A DNA stretch of 17,742 nt from Promethearchaeota archaeon (lineage in GTDB: Archaea; Asgardarchaeota; Lokiarchaeia; Sigyniarchaeales; SOKP01), in contig JAFGGO010000150.1 of NCBI GenBank assembly GCA_016930515.1, positions 1 to 17,742 on the forward strand. The letters run 5' to 3'. Position 1 is the first letter of the stretch. Every line of letters begins with the position of its first letter. Both the position numbers and the translations under genes were made by a program. Below, in pieces: positions 1 through 8,847 of the stretch. The notes below the pieces were generated by a model, which worked only from the letters and a program-made list of their open reading frames with translations, was not told where the DNA came from and did not search any database.

Positions 1-56
1 AAGTTTTATAATTATAAGTAATAATAAAAATTAAATTTATGGAATTTCAGAATATC

Positions 57-839
57 TTATACAATAATATTGTATTGTTTTTCAATTATTTGATCATCTA
101 CATCAAGCGTGCGGATCATTTTTCCCTTCCTTATCGCTAGAATTCTTTTCATCATTGAGCTCTGTACATTCTTTGGAATTTCAATCTCGTTTATCCTGTA
201 AGTGTTTGTAATGGTTGCTTTTTTCCAAGACTTGGGTAGATCAGACTTAAAATCGTGAAATACGAGATCCTCAACGATTGAATTATTCTTTTCTGTATTG
301 TTAATAGTTGCTGTACAAAAAGATACGCGCTTGCTAAGATCGTCTTCTTCAACTTTTTTTTTTGAGGGTTGAGGAATTCTTTTTTTAGTAGTAACTTTAA
401 CCGCTGCTCCTGAATTGAAAGAGATTAATAAATAACTGCTTGCTCGAAGCATTTCAATAGCATTTAGAAGGGTTTCTACTTGTAAAGTATCCTCAATCGT
501 TGCTTTGTATATTTTTTTGTCTCCTGTGGATTTTTTCAACTTCCAATCGAGGCCTAATTTCTTAAGGTCTTCGCTTAAGTCTTTTCCCGTTTCTAATGTT
601 CCAGACACATTAACTTGATCGTTAGTAGAAACCTTGCATCCTATTTCCTGGATCAAATCTTCGTATTCATGAGTTCCCTTAATAGTAATTTTTGCGTTGG
701 TTTTAGTAATCGTAATAGCAGGACCAATGAATTCTCCTTTCGAATACCTATAAAAATGCCTGTGAACATAGAAATGTTCCTTTGCGACCTCCTCTAATTT
801 GGGAGTTTCAATTATTTTTCTGAGAAAATGCATGATCAT
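57..839 (-). CDS. Conserved hypothetical archaeal protein (basic, Lys-rich, soluble)
   Basis: 260-aa ORF with normal composition, divergent from the 962 ORF. No recognisable catalytic motif. The start could be the second Met (833). Confidence 0.85.
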   Translation of the reverse strand: MIMHFLRKIIETPKLEEVAKEHFYVHRHFYRYSKGEFIGPAITITKTNAKITIKGTHEYEDLIQEIGCKVSTNDQVNVSGTLETGKDLSEDLKKLGLDWKLKKSTGDKKIYKATIEDTLQVETLLNAIEMLRASSYLLISFNSGAAVKVTTKKRIPQPSKKKVEEDDLSKRVSFCTATINNTEKNNSIVEDLVFHDFKSDLPKSWKKATITNTYRINEIEIPKNVQSSMMKRILAIRKGKMIRTLDVDDQIIEKQYNIIV

Positions 840-961
840 TCATTTTTGATGTATTCCTATATACCTATCTAAATGAAACACCCTTTAAATTTTCTCTATA
901 ACAAACTTAAAAACTGATAAATTATTTTTTTTCTAAATAAAGTTATTTTCAAAAAATTATC

Positions 962-1180
962 ATGATTCAATTATTGTTCCAATTTGTCCCTACATCAACA
1001 CCATTATGGGTTCTTGCCTGGATATTTCTTGTTATTGGCATAATATCTTTGTTAGTTCTAATCTTATATACGAAATATGGAAGAGAAAGTTCTATCAAGC
1101 TATCTTTTATAACGATCGTGATTGCTTCATTTTTCTTGGGATTTGGATTGCATTTTCTCTTGTTAAATTTAGGATTGTAG
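962..1180 (+). CDS. Small membrane protein (2 predicted TM helices)
   Basis: 72 aa with two hydrophobic stretches (LWVLAWIFLVIGIISLLVLILY; LSFITIVIASFFLGFGLHFLLL) separated by a short charged loop. Confidence 0.7.
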   Translation: MIQLLFQFVPTSTPLWVLAWIFLVIGIISLLVLILYTKYGRESSIKLSFITIVIASFFLGFGLHFLLLNLGL

Positions 1181-1308
1181 AATTTTTAATAGAATTTTAT
1201 AAATTCAATAGCAAATAATTTATATTCTATTTAGTTTTAAATAAGATAGAATATATTTGTAAAAAACCTTACAAATATTTCCTACCTAAAAAAAATGGAG
1301 ATTCTAAT

Positions 1309-1758
1309 ATGATATTACAAGATTGGTCTGCTGTCTACTTAATATTAGGAATTGTAATTGGAACTATTATAGTCACGTTGATACTTTTCATAATAGTAAT
1401 GCTCTTGGAATCCAAAACAAAAGCTAAAGACAAGATATTTTTCATTGTTCTTATCGCGTTCCTTGCAGTTTTTCTCTTACCGATCGTTATGAACGCTATT
1501 GGCGCAGCTTTAGGTGCAATTGGTGATTTATTTGCAGCTATTAGAAATGTATTTGATCCAGGAGAGGGTAGAAATTACTTGGTTTATTTAGTCCCTGTGT
1601 TTGGATTTCTCATCTTACTCGTAATCAACAAGTATCTTCTTGATATTGAGTGGGATATGGCAACTTGGATTTCCCTAATATTACTATTTGTATTGTATAT
1701 AATGTTTTGCGTTGTACACGAATTATCCGATTTTTTCGTTCCAAATCCAATTGGATAA
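1309..1758 (+). CDS. Hypothetical integral membrane protein (~4 TM helices)
   Basis: 149 aa with four hydrophobic segments. GGAG SD-like motif upstream and a T-tract downstream. Confidence 0.8.
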   Translation: MILQDWSAVYLILGIVIGTIIVTLILFIIVMLLESKTKAKDKIFFIVLIAFLAVFLLPIVMNAIGAALGAIGDLFAAIRNVFDPGEGRNYLVYLVPVFGFLILLVINKYLLDIEWDMATWISLILLFVLYIMFCVVHELSDFFVPNPIG

Positions 1759-1771
1759 GAATATTTATTTA

Positions 1772-1787
1772 TCTTTTTTTTCTTTTT
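1772..1787 (+). terminator. Putative archaeal oligo-T terminator
   Basis: TCTTTTTTTTCTTTTT immediately after the 1309-1758 stop codon. Confidence 0.35.
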
Positions 1788-1908
1788 ACTATTTTGTGTT
1801 GTCACCAGTATATTTTTGTCAGTAACTCAGCAGGTTATTTTTGTCACAAAATGACACTTTTTTGGCGATTTTATCCGCGATATTGCCCAGATATCATTAC
1901 ACTTGATT

Positions 1909-1919
1909 AAAAAAAAAAA
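1909..1919 (-). terminator. Oligo-T tract downstream of the transposase fragment
   Basis: 11 A on + (T11 on -), about 20 nt after the stop codon at 1938. Confidence 0.35.
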
Positions 1920-1937
1920 GGATTTAGATATAAGATT

Positions 1938-2507
1938 TTACAGGTCTAGCGTTTTGAGCAAGACCCCGTTAAGATAGACCAGGAGGTTCTTTCCCCCGTT
2001 GATTTCTTGAACCTCCACGGTCTTTCCCGCCAACTTGTAATCGATGGTGTGATATTTACCCTTGTAACCGATAGTACCTGCGTTAGCTATTTTGCGCGTT
2101 TCTTTCCTCTTTCTTGTTGGCACGGTGTAAGCGCGGGATTGAACGAGGTGATCCCGATAATATATATCGATCTTGTCGTCGTATTCCACGATTTCGACTC
2201 TCACCCCCGAATAACCCGGAGGGAGGGCGTATTTCTGGGATTTATAAGAGATCTCGTTGGATTTATTGACTCGTCTTACCTCTACTTCGGCCATCCAACG
2301 TTTCCATTTTTCGCTCACCTCTAAGGGTTGGAAAACGCGCCATTCGGTGGCAAAGTACCGACTGCCAGGAGGCCCCTTTTCTGGCAGGCTGCGATGAGGC
2401 TTCTCCGTATTGTACCATTCCACCCATTTTTTAAATAAGGTGTTAAATTCGGCCAGGCTCCGAACGCCCCCTTCTTTTATTTCGTTTCGAGCCTCCAATA
2501 GAAACAC
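1938..2507 (-). pseudogene. C-terminal fragment of a DDE integrase/transposase (end of rve core plus Mu-transposase C-terminal-like beta domains)
   Basis: WVEWYNTEKPHRSL matches the YN..RPH.SL motif at the end of rve cores. It is followed by RRVNKSNEISYKSQKY and a second RKIANAGTIGYKGKYH repeat. The HTH and the D,D,E residues are missing, and there is an in-frame stop shortly upstream. Confidence 0.8.
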
Positions 2508-2765
2508 ACTTTGGTTTATAAATGAAGCGAACCTGGACGATATCGAGGATCAAGCTTGTCACTCAAACTATTGACGACGAGACGGCGAGCGTCTCAAACG
2601 GCTAAATAAAAAAGGTAGAAAAAGGACGATTTTTGTGACAATTTTCGTTGCTGACAACCCGTAGAAAGCAATTTATTTCGTGTCATTTTTTAATTGCTGA
2701 TCATAACTATTGATTTACTAAAATTTATATTTTAAAAATAAAGAAATACAAAAAATAATAAAAGC

Positions 2766-5700
2766 TTAGATCTTTTCTTTGAGTTTTAATCGAGGAGCAA
2801 GTCCAAGGGACATCATTTCTTGCAACAACAACTTGAAAGCGTAAGAACAGACAACTTTTGATATATTCGTCCCCTCCCCGCAAACAGGGCAGTATCTCTT
2901 GTCGCGATTTCGATCGTAAACTGCTAATAAACCACACTTCTCGCATATAAGTATTACGGTTCGATCGGACTCATCTAGTAATCTCTCTTTTAATAATAAA
3001 GCAGAGCCGTGGCCTACCAAGCAATCTCTCTCCATTTCCCCAAACCTGAGACCTCCTTCTCGCGCCCTACCTTCAGTTGGTTGTCGAGTTAATATTTGTA
3101 CAGGTCCTCGTGCTCGAGCGTGAAGTTTATCAGCAACTAAGTGGTATAGTTTTTGGTAGTAAATTGGTGCGCAGTATATTCCCGCCTCGTATTTTTCTCC
3201 GGTGATACCATTATACATGACTTCCCTGCCGTTAAACTCAAATCCCGCTTCTACGAGTTGTTCTTGAAGTTCCGTTATGTTTTTCCATTCAAACGCCGTG
3301 GCATCACCTAATTTTCCCGTGTTGCAAGCAATTTTTCCGCTGATTCCTTCAAATAATTGACCAAGCGTCATACGCGATGGCATTGCATGAGGATTTACTA
3401 TAATATCCGGAATAACACCTGAAGACGTGAATGGCATGTCCTCTTGGGGTTGAATTAATCCCAAAACACCCTTCTGTCCGTGTCTTGATGAGAATTTATC
3501 ACCAAGTTCGGGGATACGTAAGTCCCTGACTTTTATTTTAACTAATTTATTTCCATCTACCGTTTCGGAAATTATTACCGTATCAACAATTCCTTGTTCG
3601 TTATGGCGCATATTTTTAGAAGTCTCTCGCCTATTAGGTTGCATGAGTTCGAATTCTTCATATGACTTTATGAACCTCGGTGGTGAGGTCCTTCCTATTA
3701 AGACATCTCCTCCGTTTACAACTGTTTCAGGTTCAATTATTCCATCCACTTCTGATAATAAGCGATAAGATTCTGCTGATTTGAATCCTCTAACGCCTCT
3801 TTCAGGGATCTCGAATTTATCGACTTCTCCACCAGGATATTTCCTTTCTTCGGCGTCGTAAGTTCTAAAAAAATGACTTCTTGCAAGCCCTCGCTCGATC
3901 GAAGCCTTGTTGATGATGATAGCATCTTCAATATTGAATCCTTCGAAAGACATCATACCAATTATGAAATTTTGACCCGCTGGGCGTTGGTTGATTCCAA
4001 TAATTTCCATAGGACTCGTTTTAACTAGAGGTTGTTGTGGATAGTGAAGCGTGTGCCCCCGTGTATCTAATCTAAGGTGCATGTTTGCAGCGAACAGTCC
4101 CAATGCTTGTTTAACCATTCCTGCTTCGTAAGTGTTTCTTGGGGATTGATTGTGTTCTGGAAAAGGGATGATTGAAGCACATATACCAAGAATTGCCGCG
4201 GGAGATATTTCCAAGTGAGTGTGTTCTAGTATAATATCCTCTTCAAACATCGCAATGTAGGCGTTTTCTTCTTCTTCCGCATCGAGATATTCTATAATAC
4301 CTTTTCGCACCAAATCGGACCAATTATATTTTCCTTGTCTTAATTTTTCAACTATTTCGCTGGTAATAAGTGGTTTTGTGTTTTTTAACACAAATAAGGG
4401 CCTTGTAGCCCTTCCCGCGTCGCAATTAATTTGAATTTCTTTAGAATCAAAATAAAATCCAATATTTACATATTGACCTATTTCACCCTTTCTTCGTTTC
4501 TCTCTTAGTTGACGGATGAATGAATTGTGTTGCTGATGGATCCCCACTAATTTACCGTTTAAAAATACCTTTACTTTGTTTCCCTTGATATTTTTTACCT
4601 CGTTTATGGGGATTACACCCATCTGAATAATTATATCTTCAAGCAATCTTTCGTCCGCACCAATCGAAATGATAGATGCTAATCCTAAATTTTTAACCAA
4701 TCCACAATTAGGTCCTTCAGGCGTTTCTGCTGGACAAATCTTGCCCCATTGAGTGGGATGTAAATCTCTGGCTTCAAAATGAGGTTGACTCCTACTTAAT
4801 GGTGAAATAACTCTTCTCAAATGGCTTAATGTTCCAACATGATTCGTTCTATTCAGTAATTGGCTTACGCCTGCCTTTCCGCCAACCCAATTTCCCGTTG
4901 CAAGAGCGTGTCTAATTCTTTCGGTGATCACATCTGCTCTAACGGCGGTTTTAATATTAGGGGCCCTCCCCCTTACTGCTGTTCTTTCCAATTGGTATTT
5001 AATATCCTTGACTAAATTTAAAAAAGCCACGCGAAATAAGGATGTAAACAATTCTCCAGCTAATTTCAAGCGTTTATTTGCATAATGGTCTTTATCATCA
5101 GCTTCTCTAAAGCCTAATGCAAGTTCCATTACTTTTTGAGCCATCTGTCCTAAGTAATATGCTTTCTTTACTCGATCCTCTTCTCCATTCCCTATATGAG
5201 GTAAAAGATACCTATCTAATACCTGAAGAGCTCTTCTAATACGATAATCTTTTGTTTGACCTATGGCAACTCGTTTTCCTATATAGTCTAGAGCGTTTTG
5301 TTGAGATTTTTCAGGATCTTTTAAAACTTGAATTTCAGATGCAACATCTATTACTGGAATCAATTCTTTTTGAATTTCTTCGTTTTCTGAAATTGCTTCG
5401 AAGATCTCTCTATCTGAATGCAAACCTAAAGAACGCATTAAAATTGCTAAATGTATCTTACCTGGAACCGAAGGAAAGGAAACTCGTAGATTACCATCTT
5501 TTTTTCTTTCGATTGTAACTGGTGCTCTGAATCCACTTCTAGTAGAAAAAACTTTTGCTTGATGTGTCGCGCTAGAGCTCCTACTAGCTTCTTCTGCCAA
5601 AATTCTATTAGGGGCTAAGTCTTCTTGAGTAACCAGCACCCTTTCTGTACCATTGATGATGAAATACCCGCCAGGATCTAATGGATCTTCACCACGATTG

Positions 5701-6137
5701 ACTAATTCAGAATCGGAAAGGTTTTCTAAAGGACATCTACAGCTTTTTAACATTATCGGTATTTTACCTATGTAAATGTCTAATGTCTCTTCTTCTTCTT
5801 CTCTTTGGGTTCTTTCGTCGATAGTTATAGGAGTCATTTCTAAAACAATATCCGCAGCGTAACTTAATTCCCTTATTCTGGCCTCGATCGGAGTAATCTC
5901 CATGGTTGCTCCATCTGCCTCTCTAACTTTAGGCACACCTACCTTGATTTTCCCGAACTTTATCTTAAATCCTGGAATATCGGGAACGACTTCTGCAGAT
6001 TCATCAACGATTTCTTGCATCTCGAGTTCAATGAAATTATTATATGAATCTAAATGTTGACGTACTAAACCCTTTTCGTCAAAAAGACTTTTTAATATTG
6101 TCCATTTATCTTGGTTAGTTATTTTATCTGTGCTCAA
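2766..6137 (-). CDS. rpo2: DNA-directed RNA polymerase subunit Rpo2 (B), single unsplit chain
   Basis: 1123 aa with motifs GGYFIINGTERV, TLSHLRR, ETPEGPNCGLVKN, GDKFSSRHGQKG, GLRFGEMERD and a C-terminal CxxC...CxxC Zn finger. TTG start with AAGGT 9 nt upstream. Confidence 0.99.
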   Translation of the reverse strand: MSTDKITNQDKWTILKSLFDEKGLVRQHLDSYNNFIELEMQEIVDESAEVVPDIPGFKIKFGKIKVGVPKVREADGATMEITPIEARIRELSYAADIVLEMTPITIDERTQREEEEETLDIYIGKIPIMLKSCRCPLENLSDSELVNRGEDPLDPGGYFIINGTERVLVTQEDLAPNRILAEEASRSSSATHQAKVFSTRSGFRAPVTIERKKDGNLRVSFPSVPGKIHLAILMRSLGLHSDREIFEAISENEEIQKELIPVIDVASEIQVLKDPEKSQQNALDYIGKRVAIGQTKDYRIRRALQVLDRYLLPHIGNGEEDRVKKAYYLGQMAQKVMELALGFREADDKDHYANKRLKLAGELFTSLFRVAFLNLVKDIKYQLERTAVRGRAPNIKTAVRADVITERIRHALATGNWVGGKAGVSQLLNRTNHVGTLSHLRRVISPLSRSQPHFEARDLHPTQWGKICPAETPEGPNCGLVKNLGLASIISIGADERLLEDIIIQMGVIPINEVKNIKGNKVKVFLNGKLVGIHQQHNSFIRQLREKRRKGEIGQYVNIGFYFDSKEIQINCDAGRATRPLFVLKNTKPLITSEIVEKLRQGKYNWSDLVRKGIIEYLDAEEEENAYIAMFEEDIILEHTHLEISPAAILGICASIIPFPEHNQSPRNTYEAGMVKQALGLFAANMHLRLDTRGHTLHYPQQPLVKTSPMEIIGINQRPAGQNFIIGMMSFEGFNIEDAIIINKASIERGLARSHFFRTYDAEERKYPGGEVDKFEIPERGVRGFKSAESYRLLSEVDGIIEPETVVNGGDVLIGRTSPPRFIKSYEEFELMQPNRRETSKNMRHNEQGIVDTVIISETVDGNKLVKIKVRDLRIPELGDKFSSRHGQKGVLGLIQPQEDMPFTSSGVIPDIIVNPHAMPSRMTLGQLFEGISGKIACNTGKLGDATAFEWKNITELQEQLVEAGFEFNGREVMYNGITGEKYEAGIYCAPIYYQKLYHLVADKLHARARGPVQILTRQPTEGRAREGGLRFGEMERDCLVGHGSALLLKERLLDESDRTVILICEKCGLLAVYDRNRDKRYCPVCGEGTNISKVVCSYAFKLLLQEMMSLGLAPRLKLKEKI

Positions 6138-6225
6138 TTTAACCCGACCTTTATTTCAATTATTTTAAATAACACAATTGGATAGGGTGTTATATTTTTC
6201 ATTCTAAAGATTAATCAAGTTATTA

Positions 6226-6483
6226 TTATATCTTTTCTTTTTTTACATAGCGGTAATAAACCACTGAACTTACGGAAGTATCCGATTCTCGGATAATTTT
6301 TACAACGTCTCCTTCTTTTGCGCCTATGGCAATAGACACTGGATCTTTTTCGAACATTTGAGGTAAATCGTTAAGACCAATTTTATATTTTTTTAAAAGT
6401 TCCTTGGTTTCATCCTTGGTTAAGAGAATATGTTTAGGTACATACTTATGCAATAGGACATCAATTTTTTTTTTCTTTGTCAA
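6226..6483 (-). CDS. rpo5: DNA-directed RNA polymerase subunit Rpo5 (H)
   Basis: HKYVPKHILL...LPQMFEKDPV...GDVVKIIRES...YYRYV. Directly upstream of rpo2. TTG start. Confidence 0.98.
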   Translation of the reverse strand: MTKKKKIDVLLHKYVPKHILLTKDETKELLKKYKIGLNDLPQMFEKDPVSIAIGAKEGDVVKIIRESDTSVSSVVYYRYVKKEKI

Positions 6484-6607
6484 AGGAACAATCCTCTTTT
6501 CACATGAATTATTTGTATAAGAATACTTCCTATGTAAAAAGTTTTACGATAAATGATTATTCGTTATTTTAAGTAAATTTATAATGGTTCCATGATGTTT
6601 AGTGAAA

Positions 6608-7243
6608 TTATGATTCATGAAAACACTTAAATACCCAATACCCTCCCCTTTTACAAATGATATCAACATTTTGGGCATCATATAGGGTTTTTAGATTTTT
6701 TAATACAATATCGGCACCCATTTTTTTTCTTATAACAAATTGAAAAAAACCTCTATTCGTTAAAAAATCAGGTACTTGAGCGCATATATCCAAAAATTCT
6801 CTTCTTCCAAGTCTTATGGGGGGATTCATATATATCCCATCGAATCTCAAGTTATTAGCCTTAAATTTTTCGAAATAATTACTTTTCATTGCTCTTACAC
6901 GACCTTTATAATTCGAAATATTTGTTTTTATGTTTTCTTTTGTACACCATATAGCTCTTTTGTTTACATCGACTAAAAAAACCTTACTAGCTGTGGCTTC
7001 GTAACCTAAAACAATTCCGATTGGACCATAACCGCATCCAAGATCTAATAATATTGCTTCTTGCTCGGGAATCGTCATATATTCAATTAATAATTTCGTT
7101 CCATTATCTAGTTTTCTAAACGAAAAAACGCCAGATGCAGTCTTGAAAATATATAAATGCCCTCTTAAACTTTCTGCAACTGTCTGGATTTTTAATCTGG
7201 TATCTGGTAAGGAAGAATAATAATGTTGGTTTTCGTGCTTCAT
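6608..7243 (-). CDS. Class I SAM-dependent methyltransferase, RsmC/MTS-like (likely RNA m2G methyltransferase)
   Basis: GVFSFRKLDNGT, LDLGCGYGPIG (SAM binding) and NPP motif. Confidence 0.9.
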   Translation of the reverse strand: MKHENQHYYSSLPDTRLKIQTVAESLRGHLYIFKTASGVFSFRKLDNGTKLLIEYMTIPEQEAILLDLGCGYGPIGIVLGYEATASKVFLVDVNKRAIWCTKENIKTNISNYKGRVRAMKSNYFEKFKANNLRFDGIYMNPPIRLGRREFLDICAQVPDFLTNRGFFQFVIRKKMGADIVLKNLKTLYDAQNVDIICKRGGYWVFKCFHES

Positions 7244-7250
7244 TTTAACC

Positions 7251-8261
7251 TTATTTTTGTCTTTTTTCGTTCCAGCGAGGGTAAATTCCTCTTTCCATTA
7301 AAATTTTATTAGTTTTTGCCATAATTCCCGTTTTTGCCTTGAGAATAGCCAGAGCATCTTTATTAGCAACACCAAATCCTATCAGTTCTTTTTTAAGTGT
7401 CATATATGCAATTTCCATATTTGATTTGATTCTAGCGTCTATAAAGCAACAACCAGCAGCGGCAAGATCCGCACCGTGACAGAGAGCGTCAACGGCTGAA
7501 TCTCTAACATAGATTTTTGGCACATGTTCTACCATTTTTTCCATAGGAAAGATAATTTTTCGTAAATAATAGTCGTCTCCTTCTGTTCTATAAATTGTAT
7601 ATGCGTCTTTTAATGTTTGAAGCGTTGTCATATTGCTTTCCTCTTTAAAAAGGCCCACTCTAGTCCTTCTTAATTCAAGCATATGAGCACCACTACAAAG
7701 AGCTTCACCAATATCAAAACACAACTTTCTTATATATGTCCCGGCCTCGCATCCAACTCGAAAAAGAACCAAGTGATCTTTTATTTCTAGTAGTTTAATG
7801 TAATATATTTCCCTTGTTCTTAATTTTCTAACTACTGAAGATTTAATAGGTGGTCTTTGATATAATTTACCCGTGAAAAGAGTCAATATTTTTTCAATTC
7901 TTTTTTTAGGTTCAATAGAATGAAGATACATTACACAAACATATTCTTTTCCCGCAGTTAATAATGCCGAAAGGGCTCTTGTAGCTTTGCCAAGAGCGCA
8001 TGGTAGAATTCCAGTCACTTTTGGATCCAATGTTCCTCCATGTCCTGAATTTGGAACATCTAATATTTTTCGAACCCAAGAAACAACCTCGTGACTTGAG
8101 GGTCCGCTAACTTTATCTAAATTGATCACTCCTTTTTGAAGTAATGATTCAGTGGTTCTTTGATAGGGATCGGATCCATAATTCGGATTTGTAGATTCTT
8201 GTGACTTTATAAGTAATTGTTCGGATTCATCGGAGGGTAGTTTTAATTCTGAAATTTTCAT
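7251..8261 (-). CDS. cbf5: H/ACA RNA-guided pseudouridine synthase Cbf5 (TruB/dyskerin family, PUA domain)
   Basis: INLDKVSGPSSHEV, GHGGTLDP (catalytic Asp), YQRPP, CEAGTYIRKLC, ELRRTR and a C-terminal PUA domain. Confidence 0.98.
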   Translation of the reverse strand: MKISELKLPSDESEQLLIKSQESTNPNYGSDPYQRTTESLLQKGVINLDKVSGPSSHEVVSWVRKILDVPNSGHGGTLDPKVTGILPCALGKATRALSALLTAGKEYVCVMYLHSIEPKKRIEKILTLFTGKLYQRPPIKSSVVRKLRTREIYYIKLLEIKDHLVLFRVGCEAGTYIRKLCFDIGEALCSGAHMLELRRTRVGLFKEESNMTTLQTLKDAYTIYRTEGDDYYLRKIIFPMEKMVEHVPKIYVRDSAVDALCHGADLAAAGCCFIDARIKSNMEIAYMTLKKELIGFGVANKDALAILKAKTGIMAKTNKILMERGIYPRWNEKRQK

Positions 8262-8474
8262 TTTAAAGATTTTATTATATTACTTACTTATTTATAGGTA
8301 TACAAGGGCAATATATTTTTCTTCTATTAATATATGAAATCTAAAACATTCTAACAAAGGTTTATCCTTATGATTTCAAATGCTCTTGGTAAATATTCAA
8401 TTAGCAATTGATAAGATAGTTCTTGAATATCTTTATTTGCTTTAAAAAAATTTATGAGATGCAATATAAAATCA

Positions 8475-8498
8475 ATATTGTCAATTATATTGTCAATT
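8475..8498. repeat. Perfect 12-bp tandem repeat ATATTGTCAATT x2
   Basis: Copies at 8475-8486 and 8487-8498, in the intergenic gap between tRNA-Lys and cbf5. Confidence 0.6.
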
Positions 8499-8621
8499 TT
8501 ATGTTCATTCATTTTTTTACCATTAATAATTTATTGCTGTCACTAATTTTATTTTTCTTTATCCTTAAAAGTATATTCATTTTTTTTAATAACTTTTGTA
8601 TAAAGAGAAATGGTAAATTAA

Positions 8622-8725
8622 CGGGCCATGTGGGAATCGAACCCACGACCTTCAGGTTAAAAGCCTGCTGCGCTACCTGCTTGCACTTCAAGCGCTATTT
8701 GCGCTTAAATCTGCGCTAATGGCCC
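8622..8725 (-). tRNA. tRNA-Lys(UUU) with a 30-nt non-canonical D-loop intron (15/16; 8681-8710)
   Basis: Acceptor GGGCCAT/ATGGCCC-G73, D stem GCGC/GCGC, anticodon loop CTTTTAA, T arm GTGGG-TTCGATT-CCCAC. The intron ATTTAAGCGCAAATAGCGCTTGAAGTGCAA forms a 9-bp hairpin with central helix GCGC/GTGC and bulges AG|A and AA|G. CCA is not encoded. Confidence 0.93.
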
Positions 8726-8847
8726 TTATATCTTGAAATAGGGATCAAATCTGAATTAGCATTTCTATAAAATATATTATACAATTAAAATTTTTCCATA
8801 GGATATTGACAAAACAAGAGAAATGAATTCACAATAAAACTAATTTT

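Larger units (their letters stand above)
1794..2705 (-). mobile_element. Internally deleted (non-autonomous) IS481/TnsB-like DDE transposon remnant
   Basis: Transposase fragment flanked by inverted motifs: TTGTCACAAAA 1841-1851 / TTTTGTGACAA 2631-2641, TTGTCAGTAAC 1816-1826 / GTTGCTGACAA 2647-2657, AAAATGACAC 1848-1857 / GTGTCATTTT 2680-2689. Possible 6-bp TSD ACTATT (1788-1793, 2706-2711). Interior is visibly more GC-rich than the flanks. Exact ends are uncertain. Confidence 0.7.

Noticed and set aside
1794-2705. CRISPR-associated or complete Tn7-like transposon
   Set aside because: No TnsC, TniQ or Cas genes and no CRISPR array anywhere in the window.
8020-8060. Possible BHB pre-mRNA intron in cbf5, as known in some Crenarchaeota
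   Set aside because: The frame through GHGGTLDP is continuous with no insertion.
8423-8719. ORFs 8423-8719(+) and 8509-8691(-)
   Set aside because: They overlap tRNA-Lys (VVGSIPT is a translated T-arm) and AT-rich low-complexity DNA, so they are spurious.
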